Source of the DNA: Candidatus Poribacteria bacterium
Lineage (GTDB): Bacteria; Poribacteria; WGA-4E; WGA-3G
Assembly: GCA_965214095.1 (NCBI GenBank)
Contig: OZ243938.1
Coordinates: 3,904,001 to 3,968,000, forward strand
DNA length: 64,000 bases
Reading direction: 5' to 3'
In this document: one piece after another, positions 1 to 9,571 of the stretch
Layout of the letters: each line of letters begins with the position of its first letter
Position numbering within the stretch: the stretch's first letter is position 1
Translations under genes and position numbers: made by a program
The notes under the pieces: generated by a model
What the model was told of the DNA's origin: nothing
The model's input: the letters and a program-made list of their open reading frames with translations, nothing else
Database searches by the model: none

Positions 1-238
1 ACTTTTCCAAAGCAATCTCATGGGCAGGAAATATAACGACATCTTCTATTTGAGTAAGCGGGGCAGGTTTGCGTTTACGAAGATATAACGATACCATACC
101 AAAAACAACACCGAGGATGATTATACCAAGGATGAAGTAAGGTATCAGATTAGGTGGAATTTCAATAGGGGGTTTAATGTCACGCAGTTTTGGGTTTGTC
201 GGTGATGTTTGCACAAGGAGTTGTGGAAGAAAGGACAT
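1..238 (-). CDS. Partial DUF4381/BatD-like single-pass membrane protein (runs off the window start)
   Basis: Manual translation from ATG at 238: MSFLPQLLVQTSPTNPKLRDIKPPIEIPPNLIPYFILGIIILGVVFGMVSLYLRKRKPAP...PAHEIALEK. Shows LRDIKPP, one TM helix, a basic stop-transfer and PxEIAL. Not in the ORF track. Confidence 0.6.
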   Translation of the reverse strand, partial: MSFLPQLLVQTSPTNPKLRDIKPPIEIPPNLIPYFILGIIILGVVFGMVSLYLRKRKPAPLTQIEDVVIFPAHEIALEK

Positions 239-242
239 GATG

Positions 243-836
243 TTACGGAGAAACAGGTAACGGTTCTATCACGATCGATTTTGGATCTGTAGGACAAGCA
301 TATTGACACACACCACACCCCGTACACCCAGAATCCAGAACTTCTACAACACCCTCTGGAGAGAACTTGATAGCATCTTCTCCAATAGGACAGGTATCTA
401 CACAGTAACTACATTCAACTGCTTTTGTGCGTAGGCAAGTTTCAGCATTGAAAACAGCAAGTCCGATACGGATATCTTCAGCATAGACAAGTTGTAGCGC
501 ACCACTTGGACAAACATGCATGCATGCTAATGATTCGCAGATGACACATGGCTGTTCTTCAGGGTCAATGTAAGGTGTATTTCTAAGGTCAGGAGAGTAA
601 CTTTCTAATGGTAGTATTGCATTTGCCGGACAATTTCTGACACAATTTCCACACCGAAGACAAGTTTCCAAGAATTCCGGTTCAGACAAAGCACCTGGCG
701 GACGCAAAAGTACACGATTTTGATCATCAGAAGGGAATGGATTTAAGACCCTATCATCAATGAATTCAGCGACAGGTTTCATGATCTGATTGAAAGCTTC
801 TTTGAAAAAATCGCGTCTTCCTGTTTCGTCAGACAT
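243..836 (-). CDS. MauM/NapG/NapF-type 4Fe-4S dicluster ferredoxin
   Basis: RRDFFK N-terminus, LRPPGA motif and multiple CxxCxxCxxxCP motifs. Start moved to MSDETG (836) because the ORF extension runs through a REP. Confidence 0.85.
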   Translation of the reverse strand: MSDETGRRDFFKEAFNQIMKPVAEFIDDRVLNPFPSDDQNRVLLRPPGALSEPEFLETCLRCGNCVRNCPANAILPLESYSPDLRNTPYIDPEEQPCVICESLACMHVCPSGALQLVYAEDIRIGLAVFNAETCLRTKAVECSYCVDTCPIGEDAIKFSPEGVVEVLDSGCTGCGVCQYACPTDPKSIVIEPLPVSP

Positions 837-927
837 TGATGCTGCCTTTAAATCGTGAAATGAATTCACATACCTAAAAGTAATACCATTTCTAAATAAT
901 AGCTTAACCTTACCAAAACTGCTGTTC

Positions 928-950
928 GTAGTCGCGCGATTCATTGCGCC
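928..950 (+). repeat. GTAG REP-like palindrome, family A (GTAGTCGCGCAATTCATTGCGC)
   Basis: Related copies at 12037-12058(-), 12136-12157(-), 39164-39186(+), 39533-39556(-) and 50847-50869(+). Confidence 0.8.
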
Positions 951-1010
951 TCTTACATTGACAAATATGATATGTTCAAAACAAGCAAGAGTATTCAAAT
1001 AAAAGTAGTA

Positions 1011-1697
1011 TTACTTATTCTTTTCGGATGATTCTGATTCCGAATTCATACATTCTGCTTTAGGAATACGATAACAACACCTATGGCTCCCCTGCATAAG
1101 GTGTTCCACTCGGTGAACCTTTGTGCCTAATGACTGGCGGAAAAGTGCCAATTCTATCTCACATACATGTGGATATTCCTGTGCAATCGCTGCGATTGGA
1201 CAATTGTGTTCAATCAGTACATAATCGGTGTCATTTTCATCAAAACGTGCCATATATCCTTCTTCGTCGCGAATATGAGCAAGTTCTTTAATACGTTCAA
1301 TTATGTTTTTGCCACGAAGTCGTTCCTGATACATTTGAAGTTGGGATTTCATACGACTTCTGAACACTTTATTGATGAATCCAGGTCCATTGAATTTTGC
1401 GACTTCTTGCATCAAACCCATTGCAAAATTGGCATAAGTCGTTGGAAAAAGACTGTTTGCTTCTTCGGTCAAACTGTAAATATGATGCGGACGACCACGT
1501 TCCTGTTTTTCTTGATGAAATTCAACCAAGCCTTCTCCCTCTAAAATTGACAGATGCTGTCTAATTCCCATAGAACTGATATTCAGAGCATCTGTCAACT
1601 CGTTGACAGTCATGCTACTCCGCATCTTCAATAGTTGAAGGATCCGCATTCGTGTTTCACTCATTTCACAATTCATGTGAATTTCCCTCTGATACAT
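1011..1697 (-). CDS. SufR-like HTH transcriptional regulator (Fe-S sensing)
   Basis: N-terminal HTH (ISSMGIRQHLSILE...GRP) and C-terminal EHNCPI...HVCEIE...HRCCY cysteine pattern. Confidence 0.8.
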   Translation of the reverse strand: MYQREIHMNCEMSETRMRILQLLKMRSSMTVNELTDALNISSMGIRQHLSILEGEGLVEFHQEKQERGRPHHIYSLTEEANSLFPTTYANFAMGLMQEVAKFNGPGFINKVFRSRMKSQLQMYQERLRGKNIIERIKELAHIRDEEGYMARFDENDTDYVLIEHNCPIAAIAQEYPHVCEIELALFRQSLGTKVHRVEHLMQGSHRCCYRIPKAECMNSESESSEKNK

Positions 1698-1710
1698 TGC
1701 GTTTAAATAT

Positions 1711-1739
1711 AGTATAGCACGTTACAGCAGTAAATTCAA
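1711..1739 (-). promoter_or_regulatory. Sigma70-type promoter for the SufR-like gene
   Basis: TTGAAT-N17-TATACT with extended -10 TG on the minus strand. Confidence 0.55.
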
Positions 1740-1752
1740 ATGGATATTTAAG

Positions 1753-1992
1753 ATTGGGGTTACAAACCCTTCCAACAAAAGCAGAAATCCTTAAGTTGAC
1801 ACCTATGGGGTTTCGTACTTCACCCCAACCTACTTATAGTTTGTATCAAATGACACCACGAGTTATACTAATAGTATGTTCTATACTAACGGGTAGATGT
1901 ATTCGGATCCTCGTTAGCGCGTATGAGATTCAAACTCCCAATCCTGCCAATCCTTGTTCAAAAAAAGAAGGAGCGCGGAGCGTGCCTGCTAC
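1753..1992. repeat. Intergenic cluster of REP-like palindromes
   Basis: Minus-strand GTTG-gaagggtttgtaacccc (1753-1778), GTAG-gttggggtgaagtacgaaacccca (1806-1833) and GTAG-caggcacgctccgcgctcc (1969-1991). Confidence 0.6.
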
Positions 1993-1994
1993 TT

Positions 1995-4601
1995 TTATTT
2001 TTTCATATCTGCCCAACGGATCGTCAGTTTTCCACTTGCGGAGATTAACCCTCTTAACCGAACAGTTGCCAACTGCTCGCGTTCACCCGCATGCGACACA
2101 TCCTCTATGCGATAATAGTAGACGGTGTTGGTTTTAGCAGTTGTGTCTGTCCACGTATATTCGTTGCGTTCACCTGTTGTACCCACACCTTGTATCATAG
2201 TTGTGTTAACAACTTTGAATGCACCATCTCTTGTTTCACTGCGGTAGATGTAGAAACCTGCATTGTCTACCTCAGACTCGGTTGTCCATTTGATGATAAC
2301 GCCAGTTTTTGTCTGTTCTGCTTGAAAACGCGACAACGTAACAGGTAATATACCGCCCAAGGTATAGGCAGGATTTCCTACATCTGTGAGATTACCATAA
2401 TATGTGGTTTTTCCGAGTTTCACATCTGTCGCATTTCGCCAGTTCGATTTTTCCGTGCCGATAAACGGCATACGCGTTTCATGATGATACTGTCTTAGTA
2501 TAGAACTCCGCGCACCGTTTTCTGTGGTGCCTGATGGTAAATTCCACGCGGGTGTGTCTTGTGTTTGACTATCTCCATCAAGGTTCCCAACCGTGTCAAC
2601 CACAACACCATTCGGTGTGGAAATTTGTAGGGAAAATCCATCTGGACTAAGTAGTCTTAAATCGGGAAATGTTTCGATCAAATCTGTAAGATGTTGACTA
2701 TGAATATTGTAGATACGTCTATCAGGTAGATTGTCAGATTTACTGGCAGTTGCCGTTACTATTAGCACTGTCTGGTTCGGTAGGACATTCAGATTTTTGA
2801 ACGTGAAAACTGCACGGCGATTCTGGTTGCCGTGCCTTGACTCAATCGTTATTCTCCATCCAGTGAGATTCACTGCTTTAGTCTGTGAACGGTTGTAAAG
2901 TTCGATCCACTGTGACACTGTTTGGTTACCGATTTTGTTTGTGAACATCACCTCGCTAACGTAGATTTGTCCACGACTGGTATTGGTTACTAACGAATCG
3001 TTATGATATCCGGGAGTGCCGGGACTTGTGCTTTTCGGTGCAGTGTTTTGATATCCGATACCGGCTTGGTATCCGCTTTCATCCCACGCCTCAACGTTGT
3101 AACCAACCTTTGGTGATTCTGACCGTTGCCATGCTGTGCCTTGTGTCAAGGGTTGATCTCCGGTCAACTTGTCGTGGAAATATGTTCCTGCGACATCCTC
3201 AATAGCTTCCAATGTGCCGTTGCTATTGCGATCACTTCGCAAAATCAACAGATACTGTGTATCTGGTAGTATAAGTTCATCAGCGACCATATAGTCGTGT
3301 TGTGCGCCTCTATATATATCTGGTGTTCTGATATTCTGGCCACGCAACAATGCAGTCTTACTTGGATCTGTATTTGTTATCAGCAAAACACCGCCTGCAG
3401 GTAATGTATAATCTGGAAATTCCACAATATCAATATCCTGTCTGTCAGTGTTATTTTGGCGGTCAAGAATGCTAATCTCCCATTCGTTGAGAGAAATATC
3501 AACCATGCTGATGTTGCGAAGTTCCACCCAGTCATTTTTGTCGTCAGTATCGTTTCGGATTTCATTGAAAAGCACACGCGTCTGTGCGACTTTTGATTCG
3601 TGTGGCACCGTAGTATCAAAATCAACATCCACCCCTAAATTAATCAGTTCCTGGATATGAGAAATATTAGAAATCGGGTTATCTGATATATCCACTCCCT
3701 CTAAATTTTTCAACTCCTGGAGCGGTTTTATGTTCGCGATCTGATTAGATGCCAACACCAAAGTTTGTAATTGCGTCAATTCTGTTAGGGGACTTATAAC
3801 CCGAATGTTATTAGATTCAAGCGACAGGTCAGTTAATTGCGTTAATTTAGATAACGTCGGCAGGACACTAATTTGATTGTCTCCAATCCACAAACCTTTT
3901 AATGCGGTTAATTCTTCCAATGGCATAAGATCGCTGATCTGATTTTCATTGAGATATAATTCTTCTAAATTGCCTAATCCTGCAAGCGGACCGATGTCAC
4001 TTATTCTATTTACCCCAAGCGACAATACCTTCAATTGTGTCAATCTTGCTAATGCGTTAAGGTCGCTGATGTCGTTGTCAAATAGAGATAACTGCTCAAT
4101 TGTTGTCAAGTCCTTTATGGCACTGATGTCAGATATCTGATTTGATTCAATGAATAAGATTTTTAGTTGTGTCAATCCTTTGATGGGTGTCATGTCGGTG
4201 ATGTTGTTTGAACCCAGCCATATAGTCTGTAATTTTGTAAGGTTAGCGATCGGATTTATATCGGTGATCTTGTTTGAACGAAGCGATAGCGTTTGTAAAT
4301 TTGTCAATCCCAAGATGGCACTGATCTGGGATATTTGATTTCCATTCAGATTTAGGTGTTTTATGTTTGTGGCGTATTCCAATCCTGTTAAATCGCTAAT
4401 TTGTGCGCGTTGTGCTGTTAATTTTGTTAATTCCTGCATTATCTGTTGTGTGATCGTTGTATCTTGAGGCAAATCTAATTGTTTTTGCACTGCGGTTATC
4501 AAATTCGCATCGGGTATTGCTACCTCTTGTGCTATCGCAATTTGGTTTATATTTATAAGAACAGTAAGAACACAAAATATAGTATTTATTATTTTTGTCA
4601 T
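1995..4601 (-). CDS. Secreted internalin-like LRR protein with two lamin-tail-like domains, an LPVxL domain and a C-terminal GKLxxxW tail
   Basis: Signal peptide, IPDANL cap, about 11 LRRs of 22 aa, two NEI/SEV...WxELxN domains, LPVTLSRF..WTTESEVDNAGF, ending ASGKLTIRWADMKK. RBS GGAG precedes ATG 4601. Confidence 0.85.
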   Translation of the reverse strand: MTKIINTIFCVLTVLININQIAIAQEVAIPDANLITAVQKQLDLPQDTTITQQIMQELTKLTAQRAQISDLTGLEYATNIKHLNLNGNQISQISAILGLTNLQTLSLRSNKITDINPIANLTKLQTIWLGSNNITDMTPIKGLTQLKILFIESNQISDISAIKDLTTIEQLSLFDNDISDLNALARLTQLKVLSLGVNRISDIGPLAGLGNLEELYLNENQISDLMPLEELTALKGLWIGDNQISVLPTLSKLTQLTDLSLESNNIRVISPLTELTQLQTLVLASNQIANIKPLQELKNLEGVDISDNPISNISHIQELINLGVDVDFDTTVPHESKVAQTRVLFNEIRNDTDDKNDWVELRNISMVDISLNEWEISILDRQNNTDRQDIDIVEFPDYTLPAGGVLLITNTDPSKTALLRGQNIRTPDIYRGAQHDYMVADELILPDTQYLLILRSDRNSNGTLEAIEDVAGTYFHDKLTGDQPLTQGTAWQRSESPKVGYNVEAWDESGYQAGIGYQNTAPKSTSPGTPGYHNDSLVTNTSRGQIYVSEVMFTNKIGNQTVSQWIELYNRSQTKAVNLTGWRITIESRHGNQNRRAVFTFKNLNVLPNQTVLIVTATASKSDNLPDRRIYNIHSQHLTDLIETFPDLRLLSPDGFSLQISTPNGVVVDTVGNLDGDSQTQDTPAWNLPSGTTENGARSSILRQYHHETRMPFIGTEKSNWRNATDVKLGKTTYYGNLTDVGNPAYTLGGILPVTLSRFQAEQTKTGVIIKWTTESEVDNAGFYIYRSETRDGAFKVVNTTMIQGVGTTGERNEYTWTDTTAKTNTVYYYRIEDVSHAGEREQLATVRLRGLISASGKLTIRWADMKK

Positions 4602-4626
4602 ATTCTCTCCTTTTTGTCTGGACAAA

Positions 4627-7600
4627 CTACTTCATAATCAACATCTTCCGACTTTTTGTATATTGACCGGCTTGGAATTTAACAAAATATGTCCCCGATG
4701 TCACCTTCTCTCCGAGTTCGTTTTTGCCATCCCAATAGGCAGCACGTTCGCGTTGATAATAAACGCCTGCTTGCTGATACCCCAATGTTATTTTCCGCAC
4801 AATTTCCCCTTGAATATTGTAGAAAGTCAACGTTACATCCGTAGGTTTTGCGAGTTGATACGGTATCCAAGTTTCTGGATTGAACGGGTTTGGAAAGTTT
4901 GGGAGTAGTGCTGTTTCGGTGGGTATAAGTGTTAGTGGAGCCATACCGGGATCTGTTGAAATATCAACGTCTATGACGATCGTCCGTGGAGAGCCCGCTT
5001 GGAGTCGGCGGAGCGGTGCGTAATTTGTGATAGGATTATCTGCAATCAATAGGTAAGTGAGTTCGGTTAAAGATTCAAGCGCGCTAACATCGGTGATGTT
5101 ATTATCGTTGAGCCATAACCTACTGATTTTTGTCAGACCAGATAAAACACTAATGTCGCTGATGCTATTCTCCTCAAGGTATAACTTAGTGAGTTTTGTC
5201 AGACCAGATAAATCACTAATGTCGCTGATGCTATTGCTTCCAAAATCTAAACTCGTGAGATTTGTCAAGTTAGCAACTGCGCTAATATCACTGATACTAT
5301 TAGTCCAAATGTATAATTCTGTAAGATTTGTCAATCCTGATAACGCACTAATATCACTGATACGGTTCTCGGCAAGATATAACACCTTAAGATTTGTCAA
5401 TCCCGATAACGAACTGATATCAGTGATACTATTGCTACGTAGATGTAATTTCGTAAGTTTTGTTAGTCCCGATAAACCGCTAATATCAGTAATTTTATTA
5501 TACAAAAGAAATAACTCTTTGACGTCTGTCCAACCCGATAACGCACTGACGTCAGTGATTTCATTTCTATCAAGATATACTTCCGTGAGTTTTGTCAACC
5601 CCGAAAGTGGAGTAAGATCAGTAATATCATTACTATCAAGATATAACACCTTGAGTTTTGTCAACCCCGAAAGTGGAGTAAGATCAGTAATATCATTTCC
5701 CTGCAGACCTAACCTTGTGAGAGACGTCGCACACTCTAATCCAGTAAGGTCACTAATACCTAAACTTGGTATATAGAGCGAATTTATTCTCATCAGTCCC
5801 TCTTCTGTGACCTTGCTATCCGAACTTAAATTCAGGATTCTTTGTAGACTTGCGAGTAAGTTTGCGTCTGGAATTTCTTTAACTGTTCCGGGATTCACAG
5901 TAACAGAAATGGTCTGTGTTGCTGTAAAACTACCATCGGTTGCAGTTACTGTAATCGTTGCTGTCCCTTCCGCTTTATTAGTGATTGTAATGGTATCCCG
6001 TAAGACACTCACGGTAGCGACACTGGTATCACTAGAGGTTGCAGAATAAGAAAGTGTATCGTCATCTGGGTCGCTAAAGTAGGAAGACAATCCTAATGAC
6101 AGTGACCATGACCCGACAGTCGTCGTCTGAGCGGGTATAGAACCTTCTGCTGTCGGTGCTCTGTTGGCTTCATTGACAGTAACAGAAATGGTCTGTGTTA
6201 CCGTTGCATTGCCATCAGTTGCGTTTACCGTGATCGTTGTTGTCCCTGCCGCTACAGCACTGATTGTAGCTGTAGACCCCGAAATAGACGCAGTTGCAAC
6301 GCTGCTTTGACTGGATTCTACTGTATAAGTGAGAGTATTACCGCCTGGATTGTTAAAGTAGGCAGATACATCAAGGGTCAGTGCCGCATCACCTACAGCC
6401 ATCGTCTGCGCGGGAATAGAACCTTCTACTGTCGGCGCACGATATAGAGCATTCACAGTAACTGAAAAGATCTGTGTTACCGTTGCATTGCCATCATTTG
6501 CAGTTATCGTAATCCTTGTTGTCCCTGCCGCTACAGCACTGATTGTAACTTTAGACCCCGAAATAGACGTGGTTGCAACGCTGCTTTTACTGGAGGTCGC
6601 AGTATATGTCAGTGTATTATTGCCTGGATTGTTAAAGTAGATAGATACATCAAGGACCAGTGCCGCATCACCTTCAGTCATCGTCTGTGCGGGAATAGCA
6701 CTTCCTACTGTCGGCGCACGATATGGAGCATTCACAGTAACTGAAAAGGTCTGTTTTACCGTTGTATTCCCATCAGTTGCGTTTACCGTGATCGTTGTTG
6801 TCCCTGCCGATACAGCGCTGATTGTAACTTTAGATCCCGAAATAGACGCAGTTGCAACTGTGCTTACACTGGATTCTACTGTATAAGTGAGAGTATTACC
6901 GCCTGGATTGTTAAAGTAGGAAGATACATCAAGGCTCAGTGCCGTGTCACCTACAGTCATTGTCTTTGCAGGAATAGCACTTCCTACTGTCGGCGCACGA
7001 TATGGAGCATTCACAGTAACTGAAAAGGTCTGTTTTACCGTTGTATTCCCATCAGTTGCGTTTACCGTGATCGTTGTTGTCCCTGCCGATACAGCACTGA
7101 TTGTAGCTGTAGACCCCGAAATAGACGCAGTTGCAACGCTGCTTTTACTGGAGGTCGCTGTATATGTCAGTGTATTACCGCCTAGATTGTTAAAATAGGC
7201 AGATACATCAAGGGTCAGTGCCGTGTCCCCTACAGTCATCGTCTTTGCGGGAACAGCACTTCCTACTGTCGGCGCACGATATGGAGCATTCACAGTAACT
7301 GAAAAGGTCTGTTTTACCGTTGTATTCCCATCAGTTGCGTTTACCGTGATCGTTGTTGTCCCTGCCGATACAGCGCTGATTGTAACTGTAGACCCCGAAA
7401 TAGACGTGGTTGCAACGCTGCTATTACCGGAGGTCGCAGTATATGTCAGTGTATTATTGCCTGGATTGTTAAAGTAGATAGATACATCAAGGACCAGTGC
7501 CGCATCACCTTCAGTCATCGTCTGTGTGGGAATAGCACTTCCTACTGTCAGCGCACGATATGGAGCATTCACAGTAACTGAAAAGGTCTGTTTTACCGTT

Positions 7601-9468
7601 GTATTCCCATCAGTTGCGTTTACCGTGATCGTTGTTGTCCCTGCCGATACAGCACTGATTGTAACTTTAGACCCCGAAATAGACGTGGTTGCAACGCTGC
7701 TATTACTGGAGGTCGCAGTATATGTCAGTGTATTATTGCCTGGATTGTTAAAGTAGATAGATACATCAAGGACCAGTGCCGCATCACCTTCAGTCATCGT
7801 CTGTGTGGGAATAGCACTTCCTACTGTCGGCACACGATATGGAGCATTCACAGTAACTGAAAACGTCTGTTTTACCGTTGTATTCCCATCAGTTGCGTTT
7901 ACCGTGATCGTTGTTGTCCCTGCCGATACAGCGCTGATTGTAACTTTAGACCCCGAAATAGACGCAGTTGCAACGCTGCTTTGACTGGAGGTCGCTGTAT
8001 ATGTCAGTGTATTACCGCCTGGATTGTTAAAATAGGCAGATACATCAAGGGTCAGTGCCGTGTCACCTACAGTCATCGTCTTTGCAGGAATAGCACTTCC
8101 TACTGTCGGCGCACGATATGGAGCATTCACAGTAACTGATCGTAAGTTAACAACCTGACTGGTCACAGTGACAGATATTGTTTGCGTTGCAGTTAATTCA
8201 CCGTCACTTGCTGTAATGGTAATCGTTGCACTCCCTGCTGTCTGTGGTGTAATCGTGATGTTTGAACCTGATACGTTGACAGTGGCAACACTGCTATTAT
8301 TGGAGCTAGCTGTATATGTGAGTGTATCGCCATCAGGGTCGGTGAACTTATCTGATATGTTAATAGTATCTGCATTACCAATTCGCAATGTTGATGTTGA
8401 GATACTCCCCACAGAGACGGGTGCGTTGTTCGTGACAGGTGTATTACTTGTGCCTGTATAATATGTGATGACATCAGGTGTTGAATTGAAATTGATGTTA
8501 TCTATCTCAAGGTCAGATACAATTGGCATTGGAACGTCGACTATTTTCTTATCATAACTCCACAACTCGATTCCAAATGGAGAAAAGTCCAGTTGGATTT
8601 CACTGCTAATTACAGCATCAACCCCAGCAGTAAAACCTTCATCGTAGCTGCTTTGTATAGAATAAGAGTCAAGTGAAGGATCAAAACTGGAAGCGGAGAC
8701 CGTCTGATTATCACTCGTAATAACTTGTCCATCCACTGTTATCCCGTCTCCTGACAAAGTGAAAGTATTCTTGAGGTCAGCATTTAATGTAATCCCACCC
8801 TCTTTTAAATACTCCTTTATAATATCACCCGCCTTTTTTGCGGTGATCTTCGGCAATGTTCCTTCTTTGATCAAGTCTGCGAGCGATTCAGCAATTTGAA
8901 CGGCACTTAACTCTATTTTAATAAGGTCTTCAATTCCTCCCTCAACCTGAATAGACTCACCATTGAGAAGCAATGTGTTAAAGAAAGTTTCACCATGCAA
9001 AGTGTCATTGATTTGAGAAAAATCCGGTATCGTCTGCGTGTAGTCGACGTGTATCTCTGAGAAAAATGGTATAGGCAGCATAAAATCATAAATTATCGCG
9101 CCTGAAACACTTAACCCTGCGGAATATGTAAACTTCCCGACATAGGCATCCTGTGCTGTCGTTACAGTGCGCGGTTGTATCCGCAACAGCTGATTATTCT
9201 GCTCAAAAAATAGATCAGCATTTATCTCTGTTTGTACTGTTCCAGGATCTACATTAACATCAAAAGATAAGTTGATCGTATCAAAGTCATCAGGAACTGA
9301 ACCTTTCCATTTAATTCCGTCACCGAAAGGCTTGAATTCAGAAGTGTAAGTTATAGGTTCTTGTATCTCTTCAGAGAAACCCATCTGCTGGAAATTCAGA
9401 AAAAATAGTAATATGATAACTGAATATACACAAACACTCAATCTACACAAGCTATATTTATTGACCAT
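4627..9468 (-). CDS. Large secreted adhesin: tandem Ig/cadherin-like repeats, LRRs and a FlgD-Ig/T9SS-type C-terminal domain
   Basis: Signal-like N-terminus, about nine 93-aa Ig-like repeats (FxDPDGDxLTY-type), LRR block, C-terminal PNFPNPFNPETWIPY...WDGKN..GEKVTSGTYF...RKMLIMK. Confidence 0.85.
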   Translation of the reverse strand: MVNKYSLCRLSVCVYSVIILLFFLNFQQMGFSEEIQEPITYTSEFKPFGDGIKWKGSVPDDFDTINLSFDVNVDPGTVQTEINADLFFEQNNQLLRIQPRTVTTAQDAYVGKFTYSAGLSVSGAIIYDFMLPIPFFSEIHVDYTQTIPDFSQINDTLHGETFFNTLLLNGESIQVEGGIEDLIKIELSAVQIAESLADLIKEGTLPKITAKKAGDIIKEYLKEGGITLNADLKNTFTLSGDGITVDGQVITSDNQTVSASSFDPSLDSYSIQSSYDEGFTAGVDAVISSEIQLDFSPFGIELWSYDKKIVDVPMPIVSDLEIDNINFNSTPDVITYYTGTSNTPVTNNAPVSVGSISTSTLRIGNADTINISDKFTDPDGDTLTYTASSNNSSVATVNVSGSNITITPQTAGSATITITASDGELTATQTISVTVTSQVVNLRSVTVNAPYRAPTVGSAIPAKTMTVGDTALTLDVSAYFNNPGGNTLTYTATSSQSSVATASISGSKVTISAVSAGTTTITVNATDGNTTVKQTFSVTVNAPYRVPTVGSAIPTQTMTEGDAALVLDVSIYFNNPGNNTLTYTATSSNSSVATTSISGSKVTISAVSAGTTTITVNATDGNTTVKQTFSVTVNAPYRALTVGSAIPTQTMTEGDAALVLDVSIYFNNPGNNTLTYTATSGNSSVATTSISGSTVTISAVSAGTTTITVNATDGNTTVKQTFSVTVNAPYRAPTVGSAVPAKTMTVGDTALTLDVSAYFNNLGGNTLTYTATSSKSSVATASISGSTATISAVSAGTTTITVNATDGNTTVKQTFSVTVNAPYRAPTVGSAIPAKTMTVGDTALSLDVSSYFNNPGGNTLTYTVESSVSTVATASISGSKVTISAVSAGTTTITVNATDGNTTVKQTFSVTVNAPYRAPTVGSAIPAQTMTEGDAALVLDVSIYFNNPGNNTLTYTATSSKSSVATTSISGSKVTISAVAAGTTRITITANDGNATVTQIFSVTVNALYRAPTVEGSIPAQTMAVGDAALTLDVSAYFNNPGGNTLTYTVESSQSSVATASISGSTATISAVAAGTTTITVNATDGNATVTQTISVTVNEANRAPTAEGSIPAQTTTVGSWSLSLGLSSYFSDPDDDTLSYSATSSDTSVATVSVLRDTITITNKAEGTATITVTATDGSFTATQTISVTVNPGTVKEIPDANLLASLQRILNLSSDSKVTEEGLMRINSLYIPSLGISDLTGLECATSLTRLGLQGNDITDLTPLSGLTKLKVLYLDSNDITDLTPLSGLTKLTEVYLDRNEITDVSALSGWTDVKELFLLYNKITDISGLSGLTKLTKLHLRSNSITDISSLSGLTNLKVLYLAENRISDISALSGLTNLTELYIWTNSISDISAVANLTNLTSLDFGSNSISDISDLSGLTKLTKLYLEENSISDISVLSGLTKISRLWLNDNNITDVSALESLTELTYLLIADNPITNYAPLRRLQAGSPRTIVIDVDISTDPGMAPLTLIPTETALLPNFPNPFNPETWIPYQLAKPTDVTLTFYNIQGEIVRKITLGYQQAGVYYQRERAAYWDGKNELGEKVTSGTYFVKFQAGQYTKSRKMLIMK
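6170..8138. repeat. Intragenic tandem repeat, 279-bp period, 7 near-identical copies
   Basis: Motif cacgatatggagcattcacagtaactga recurs every 279 bp (about 6438, 6717, 6996, 7275, 7554, 7833, 8112). Confidence 0.95.
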
Positions 9469-9571
9469 TTTATTTATTTCCTGTTGTCCTTTCATCTTGA
9501 AAAATGTGCGATGAAAGATTTATATTTACTTCGTAATTTGTAATGCGGTTAAATAGATACTTATTAAATAA

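Noticed and set aside
1754-2137. ORFs over intergenic repeats (also 11820-12350, 39337-39522 and the N-terminal extension 32618-32794)
   Set aside because: They translate REP/MITE sequence and have no protein features.
5057-8461. Plus-strand ORFs with repeated sequences
   Set aside because: They are antisense shadows of the LRR and Ig repeats of the adhesin.
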